A stretch of 63,501 nt of DNA, counting the filler, from Thraustochytrium aureum (Eukaryota), in assembly GCA_012862495.1 (NCBI GenBank). It is 5 parts of 3 records of this genome, joined end to end, with 100 filler letters (N's around TTAATTAATTAA, not from the genome) between each part and the next. Parts side by side here need not be neighbours in the genome. Positions count along the whole stretch, not along the records: positions 44,234 to 61,229 come from BLSG01000103.1; positions 61,330 to 63,501 come from BLSG01000107.1; 3 more parts are not named here. One strand, written 5' to 3'. The notes below the pieces were generated by a model that saw only the letters and a list, made by a program, of their open reading frames with translations, ran no database searches and had not been told where the DNA came from. The position numbers and the translations under genes were made by a program. This document shows, piece by piece, positions 57,135 to 63,501 of this stretch; within the stretch, counting starts at the first letter, position 1; each line of letters starts with the position of its first letter.

Positions 57135-58331
57135 CTACTTGCTGGGGCTTACGATTAGATTGTTCTGCGTACCGGGAGCGGACGCTCCCCCCAAACTAGC
57201 AGCCCGGCCCGCGCTTGTGCTTGCCACGATTGTGCCGGATGCGATATCTGGCGATACCATTACCCGACTGTGATTGTGCCATGAATCCGCGCGCTTGCGC
57301 TTGTCGAGAGACGCTGCCCTCTTGACCAGGAGCCGACGCATGCCGCCGATGGCGCTTGGGATAGTAGAAGCCTCTGCCAGCGTTATGCGAGCGACTGCTA
57401 CGTAGCCGTAGAGTCGAAACACGCTGCCAAAGAGGAAGCTTGGGATGTCAATCACAATAACAAAGAGGCAAACCCCAGTCGTAATCTGCAGCGCAGCGTT
57501 GGAGCGCTGGAGTGCGACCCGCGCCAGCCGCTCGACTACTTTGGCGTTTGCAGTTTTCGCGCCAGTGCTATGCCTCGCATCCAGAATAGCCCGTAATCCA
57601 TCAATTACCGAGGTTATTGTGAGGCGCAGGCAAACGAGCACCGTGGAGTTAATAACAAAGCTGCAAAAGAGCAGCCCTCGCATCATCGAAAGCCTCGCTT
57701 CCGTCGGGAAAAACACGGCGACCCAGAATAGGTTGAATGTCAGGAACGTGAACAAGTTCAACACGGGCATAAACCTTTGAAACATCAGGATTCGCATCAG
57801 GGCTCCGTTTCGCACGAGTTGCGACCCCAAAGCCCGTTTGACGTAGACAAGCTGCGCCTGCACAAGGAAAATGCACGTCGCGTACACGCCTACGCCAACT
57901 TGGCAAATCAGGAAGGTGACCAGGAACGTCTCGCCGAATACATGACGCTCAAAGTCGCTAAGCTTTACCGCCGAGCCGCAAGCTCCGAAAGCCCCCAAGA
58001 TGATGCTTGGGACGTGCCGAACAGAGATGACACTGCCCGTCAGCGACGTTCTCATGTAGCGCCGAAGAGCGAGGGCAATGCAAATCGTTGCAAAGTTTAC
58101 CACCGACGAGACAAGCGCCACCTGGTACAGGACGCGAAGCAAGTCGATTGAGAAGTCGCACAGCCCAGTGCTCGCCCGAGCGTCAAACCCAGACCCGGCG
58201 ACCGTCCAGCCTTGAGCGCAGCGACAGGCCGTCCCGTTGATGCACTCGAGCCCGCCAATCCCGCACGTGCTGCCGAGCAGCGGTCCACCACTTTCGCATG
58301 CTAACTCGCCGTTGTCGGCAGCGGGCGTCAT
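57135..58331 (-). CDS. Second orphan EGF-like + 7-TM membrane protein
   Basis: CGIGGLECINGTACRCAQGW..LCDFSIDLLRVLY, then about 7 hydrophobic segments and a Ser-rich tail. Confidence 0.75.
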   Translation of the reverse strand: MTPAADNGELACESGGPLLGSTCGIGGLECINGTACRCAQGWTVAGSGFDARASTGLCDFSIDLLRVLYQVALVSSVVNFATICIALALRRYMRTSLTGSVISVRHVPSIILGAFGACGSAVKLSDFERHVFGETFLVTFLICQVGVGVYATCIFLVQAQLVYVKRALGSQLVRNGALMRILMFQRFMPVLNLFTFLTFNLFWVAVFFPTEARLSMMRGLLFCSFVINSTVLVCLRLTITSVIDGLRAILDARHSTGAKTANAKVVERLARVALQRSNAALQITTGVCLFVIVIDIPSFLFGSVFRLYGYVAVARITLAEASTIPSAIGGMRRLLVKRAASLDKRKRADSWHNHSRVMVSPDIASGTIVASTSAGRAASLGGASAPGTQNNLIVSPSK

Positions 58332-59506
58332 CGTCGCACATGCATCAAGTGAACAAGCTCTGTTGGCGCATTGGAGCGAGTTGCGCAACGAGGGCCTTGA
58401 AAGCAGCGAGCAAAGAGACTCAAAGGGCACCAGATGTGAGTTCCACAATAAGAACAAGCATTTTTTTTTAAAGTTGGAAACGCCTCTCGAAAGCACATAG
58501 GGGTTCCTCGTCCGCGCGTTCAACCGAAAGCCACGTTCGTGCAGAAAGCCACATTTGTGCGTGCCAACCAACAGTCTCCGTTGATTTCGTGAACAATAGC
58601 ACGCTTTTCAGCGGCAAAGCGAAGCGCGCAACCTCAACGAGCACCCTAGACGTCCATTCTGGTGCCAACCGGCCCTCGCCGTCCGCTTGTTAGAGGAGAG
58701 CGTAGCGCGGCTGCCGACAACCTCAGAATTTACAATCAGTTGTCCGTTCAACGGATTTCTTTGAAGCTCAGAGTTGTTTGTTTTTGCGGTCTTCTCGGCC
58801 TTCTCGGCGGCGAGGCAGCCCGCCAATCGCTCAGTATTCTTGTTGCGAAACGCACTGTGGAACCAACGCACGCCACGGTACTTGCCAACCGACCTGTGTT
58901 GGTCTTGGCCGGAGGACGCCGCCCCAATCGTTGACGACGGCCGTGCTGCTTGGCTCAAAGTCGTTCATCCGATTTTACGTTGTTCTTGGCAGGTTCGCAC
59001 TGACCCAAAAGTGGATGAGAGCCCAAGCCGCATGGCTCGTCGCGAACGGCGTAATCCTCTGTCCGTGCCAAGCCTCGGGTGCCGAGGACTGGAACGAGGC
59101 GTGTTGGGTGGGGTTTGGGGAAGGTGGCGCTGATGGCTTGCACGTCGCGTGGACCGGCCATGTCAAGAGCATGCCCTACATTGGGCCCTGCAGTGCGCCC
59201 TGCACTGGGTCGAAGAGCTTGGCTTGATCGAGGTGAGGCAAGTCAGCCTCGCCCTGGTGTGTTGAGCCGCTTGCACATAGTAAGGACGCGCGATGCCGAG
59301 GGGACTAGATAGCTGAGCTTGCGCTGGAGTGATGCGGCTCCTCGCGCACACAAGACGCGATCCAACGCGCTCTGCTAGACCGCGCGAGCTGATGGCAACC
59401 TTCTACACGGCACGATGGACGTTCAGCGTGACCGTCCACCTCAGCGGCCATGGAAAACGAAAAAGCGTTCTGGGGATCTTTGGGTGTGTGATGCCTACTA
59501 ACAGAC

Positions 59507-60865
59507 TCACTCCTCCCTCGCACGGGCTCGAGGCCCACCCTCGCCCTCGCCCTCGCCCTCGAGCTCGACCTCCTCGAGCTCGCTGAGCCGTCTCTTGTGG
59601 CGTCGAGTCCTCCACCCAGGCTCGCGGCCCGGCTCTGGTGCGTGGACCGAGCTCAGCATTGATTGCACCGAGTGAGAGACCACATCGAAGACCTCAATCA
59701 TCAGAACGGCAGCAACCCCGATCACCATCGCGGGGAGTACGACGGCCAAGGGTATCAACGGATATGCCAAGATGACGCTATAGCTAAATTGCGCCTCGAG
59801 CAGCCCTGTGCCAATGTAGCCCTGAAACAAGTGGCGCTCCCTATACGTGATGCGGATTATCGCAACCGCCTTCACCAAAACAGCTCCTATTTTCAACGAC
59901 AAGAAAGTGGCCATCTCTGGCGATGTCGGCACCCCCGGAAATATCGACCATTCGGTGAGCTTGAGCGCTTTGTGGAATGGCATGGCATCCATGATCAGGA
60001 ATGGTCTCAATGTGCTGTATGTCGTGGACCCGAGAAGCGTGAGAATCCACCACGACCGGAACATTGACTGCGCGGGAGAGACATGCAACAGAAGACCCGT
60101 TATCGTGGCCGACACGACATTCTCAATTAAGACCACGTGGTTCAGATCGACATCTCTTCTTCGCCCATCAGCGATCTCTCTGATCTTCTCGACGCTGAGC
60201 TCGATGTGCTCGATGGGAAGTGGAATGATCATCAAAACGCTCGCTGTGCACAGGGTGAGCCAGGCCGCCGCGATGCCGAGAAGAACCAGGGGGCGCATGC
60301 CAACGCCGAGAGCTGCGGCGAGAGCGACAGTTGAGTGCTTGGTGATCCAAAACTTGATCTTGCCGCCCATTGTGTTCTGCATCTGCAGAAACTCGCTCGG
60401 TCCTGCTAGGATAGTGCCGTATGCGGCGGACCAAGCAGCCTGCATGACCGCGAGGACGACGACCATCAGGCCGGGCTGCTTGGAGAAAACGAGGGCCGCG
60501 CTCATCAGGGCGCACTCCAACATGTCAATCAGAATCAAGATGATGCCCTGGCCGTCGGGCTTGGAAAGCTGGGCCCATGGCACTCGGCTCAGCGCCCTGG
60601 CGAGCGCAGTTCGCAGCTCGGTCGAGCCGCGTCGGTTGTCACTGCAGTGCCTGCTCCTGCGAGCCGCTGCGGACCTCCCAGAGCTCCTTCGTCTACTCGC
60701 CCGTTCATCACTCACGGCCGTGGCCGACCTGGCCGAGCTCCTGCGTCTGCTCGCGCGCTCGCCGTCTTCCGCCGCCTCAACTTGGGCGTTCGTCGTGGCT
60801 TCGCCTTCCATGTCGGCCCAGGCATCATCGGTTGGCATCCTCGACCCACGTCTGCTGCTCGCCAT
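59507..60865 (-). CDS. Hypothetical multi-pass membrane protein
   Basis: Long ORF with several hydrophobic segments; N-terminal ERASRRRSS duplicated; C-terminal EGEGEGEG. Confidence 0.6.
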   Translation of the reverse strand: MASSRRGSRMPTDDAWADMEGEATTNAQVEAAEDGERASRRRSSARSATAVSDERASRRRSSGRSAAARRSRHCSDNRRGSTELRTALARALSRVPWAQLSKPDGQGIILILIDMLECALMSAALVFSKQPGLMVVVLAVMQAAWSAAYGTILAGPSEFLQMQNTMGGKIKFWITKHSTVALAAALGVGMRPLVLLGIAAAWLTLCTASVLMIIPLPIEHIELSVEKIREIADGRRRDVDLNHVVLIENVVSATITGLLLHVSPAQSMFRSWWILTLLGSTTYSTLRPFLIMDAMPFHKALKLTEWSIFPGVPTSPEMATFLSLKIGAVLVKAVAIIRITYRERHLFQGYIGTGLLEAQFSYSVILAYPLIPLAVVLPAMVIGVAAVLMIEVFDVVSHSVQSMLSSVHAPEPGREPGWRTRRHKRRLSELEEVELEGEGEGEGGPRARAREE

Positions 60866-61273
60866 CCTGCGCTGCTCGAGGGACTGCTGCCCAACTCGTG
60901 GTTGGTCGAGTAAGTATGTTGTCCGCGGTGGTACTTTCACGTAATGTAGGCGATGCAATGCTGACGCGAGTGATGCCACTCCCGCTGGAGAGCATCTCGC
61001 AGCTGTACCGCTCGCCGGCCCTGCTCGAATTGTGCCCGCACCAAGTGCGCTCGCGCGAGTTGCATGAAATCTGCGACTTGCCGTGTGTTCTCGGGCTTAC
61101 TGCCGAGAGCTTGCACGCCGTATCGTACCGAAAGCGAAAGAGTAAGTGGCGTTCTGACCTTTGCGGCGTGTGTACTCGCCCAGCGCATGCGTCGACAACT
61201 ACGGCGCACAACCAGCACAACCAGCACAANNNNNNNNNNNNNNNNNNNNNNNNNNNNNNNNNNNNNNNNNNNN

Positions 61274-61285
61274 TTAATTAATTAA
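61274..61285. other. Artificial scaffold linker
   Basis: TTAATTAATTAA within Ns. Confidence 0.97.
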
Positions 61286-61430
61286 NNNNNNNNNNNNNNN
61301 NNNNNNNNNNNNNNNNNNNNNNNNNNNNNCTGGCTGCAGGACGGGTTCCGATTGCAAGGGGAGAAAAACAGAATAGGCTACTTACCTCCTCTAGCTAGTA
61401 GCTCGAGTAGGTGTGCTGTACATGTACTCG

Positions 61431-62902
61431 TCAGTGCGCGTCCGCCCGCACGTTGTACTTGACGCAAAGGTGGCCGACCAAGACGTCGTGAAAGGTGGCC
61501 GCAGCGGGCGAGAGGCGCGCGCGAGAAGCCACTTCGCTCCAAGCCAACGGGCGGCCAAGCCCGATCGAGTCGGCGCAGAGCTGCGCAATCTGCTCAAACT
61601 GGTCGGCGCGAAGCGCGCAGTCCTGCCCAAGCCCGGCGCCTTGGCAAAGCACAGCAGCAGGTTGTTGGTGTCGCGGTAGAGGTCTGCCGCGCTGGGCCCG
61701 GCCGCCCCTTCAGGGACCGCCGCCTTTGGCGACAGCTGCTGGCGGAGCTCGCGCATGGAAAACGGCAGGACGCGGCTCGGCTGCAAGCCAGCCTTGGCGA
61801 CGGTTCTGGCCAGGAACGAGTCCTCGTACGAGTGCTCCGAAACGGGCAGGCCCAGCGTCGCAGCCATCGTGCGGCGCACGTTGTTGGCAAAGGCGATGGG
61901 GTCGTTGCGCTCCGAGGCGCTCGGTACGTACACAGGGAGGAACTCGACCGTCACGCTGTGAAAGCCCTGCGACAAGGTGCGCAGGACGATAAAGAGGCGC
62001 GACGGCGCCCCCGCGGTCCACGAGGGGTCCATGTTGGTGTACGACCAGTGGAGCACCACGGGCTGCACGGGCGCGCCCGGTTCGAACGCGCCCCGGCGAA
62101 ACGAAATGAGGCTAGTCCTGTTCGTGCAGGTCCCCTCCGGGAACAAGACGAGGCGGCGCCGCCACGCGGAGCTCGGGCGTACGCGCTCCTTGATCTGCTC
62201 TGCGGCGCGGGACCGGTTGGCGCGGCTCTCGCGGTCGACAAAGATGCTCTGCGTTGCGCGAAGGAAGGGGCCGATGATAGACCGCGCGGCCTCTAGTTTG
62301 CCGACGCTTGCCGGCCCGCCGAGCGCGCAAGCGATGACGAGCGGGTCCATCACGGTGCTGTGCGGGGCGACGACGACCATTTTCGCCTCGCTCGTGGTGG
62401 CGCAGCTGCCGATCGTGCGAATCCGGTAGATGCCCACACAGATGCAGAGCAGCCTGCCGCTCGCGCGAGCGACAAGCTCTTGCGCCCTCGCGCGGCCCGG
62501 CGACAGCGGCTTGTCGACGTCGACGCCTGCCACGGTCAGGCTCATAAGTACAGTAGCTACCCCCAAGACGACCAATATGCACAGAAACCGAAGCGGGGCC
62601 ACAATGCAGGCGCCCAGGACAACCTTGACCCACTCCCTCGCGTTGAGCCCTCGGATCGTCTGGAACGGATTCAGGGCCTTGTCCCGCTCCTCGCCAGCCA
62701 GTACGGCCTCGCTGGCCGCGAACGACCTGGAGAGCAGCGACACACCGGGCACCCACCCGGCGCCCGACCTCCTCCGCTCTGGCTCGCTCCGCGGCCCAGC
62801 CGAGCCTTCTTGCGTCGCCCTCGCGCGTTTGCCGCCGTTGCTCGCATCGGGCTGCCCATTCGTCCCAAACACCAACTCGGACACCACCTGCGGGGCCCAC
62901 AT
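61431..62902 (-). CDS. Lysophospholipid acyltransferase (LPCAT/LPEAT-like, PlsC fold); probable 3' frameshift near 61625
   Basis: VVAPHSTVMD (HxxxxD), IFVDR, LFPEGTCTN, FRRGAF.PG.PVQPV, FANNVR. Confidence 0.92.
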
Positions 62903-63501
62903 CTCGTCCGCGTAACGCGCGCAGCGTCAAACCTTTGCACGCCGTGGAGGCCAGGCCCGAGTTACTATCGAGCTCGACCCGTCAAAAAAGTGCGACTTGC
63001 GGCGTGGCCGGAGTGCCGCCGAGGCCCCGGCTTGTCGCGCGCCGGGCTGGCTTCAAGCCGTTCGCAGCCTGCTGCTTGTCGTCGACGGAGCCCAGGCCGT
63101 TTGCAGTCTGGGGAGTGCGTGCTGTGCTCGATGCGATGGGGGACTGCCTGCCTGCCAGGGCCGAATGATCGTGTCGAATCGTGACGATCGATTGCACCCT
63201 CTGGCCCAACCCGCCCCTGACCGGTCAGTTAGGTCCGCCGGGGCAGGTTAGGTCGGCTGGCGTCGTGCGTGCGTGAGGCAACCACGTCGCACGGAGGTAA
63301 CGAGTGCCGGCGGCAGTGAAAGGGCAGGCGGCACGTCACGTACGCGTCCACGTGACGGGGTTGGCCGTGGTGGACGCGTGTGGGGGGCGACCGCGTGACG
63401 CGCGCGGGAAATCTGCGGGCGCCGCGGAGAAAATGGGGATGGCACTCGCGTAACGACGTGACGCGGATGGAGGCCGATGCGCGACCGATTGCGCGCGGGC
63501 C

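Overview
GC-rich, gene-dense, intron-poor eukaryotic draft sequence. Gene content and the EGF-7TM orphan family suggest a heterotrophic stramenopile such as a thraustochytrid (inference only). The window is five scaffolds joined by artificial N-TTAATTAATTAA-N linkers (at 8487, 29483, 44178, 61274), with many N gaps and frequent single-base indels that split genes. About 27 coding regions are recognisable: a secreted multi-C-type-lectin/NHL-propeller protein, NOL11-like, CS-domain, Myb/U-box, PP2C, RRM+PAM2, an intron-split SCOC-like micro-gene, nitronate monooxygenase, JMJD5/KDM8-like, bacterial-type HDAC, PX, TauE, tandem VOC, Ank-TPR-DnaJ, CSN2, an Hv1 proton channel, a sulfotransferase, a degenerate IS630/Tc1 transposase, R2R3-MYB, two EGF-7TM receptors, Nup43-like, GST and LPCAT. 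The top candidate novel system is a single gene (51147->47231) that appears to fuse an MLKL-like N-terminal helical bundle, a kinase with intact catalytic motifs and about 16 ARM repeats. It lies on the same scaffold as the two orphan EGF-7TM receptors. No homology searches were run; all calls come from motif recognition.
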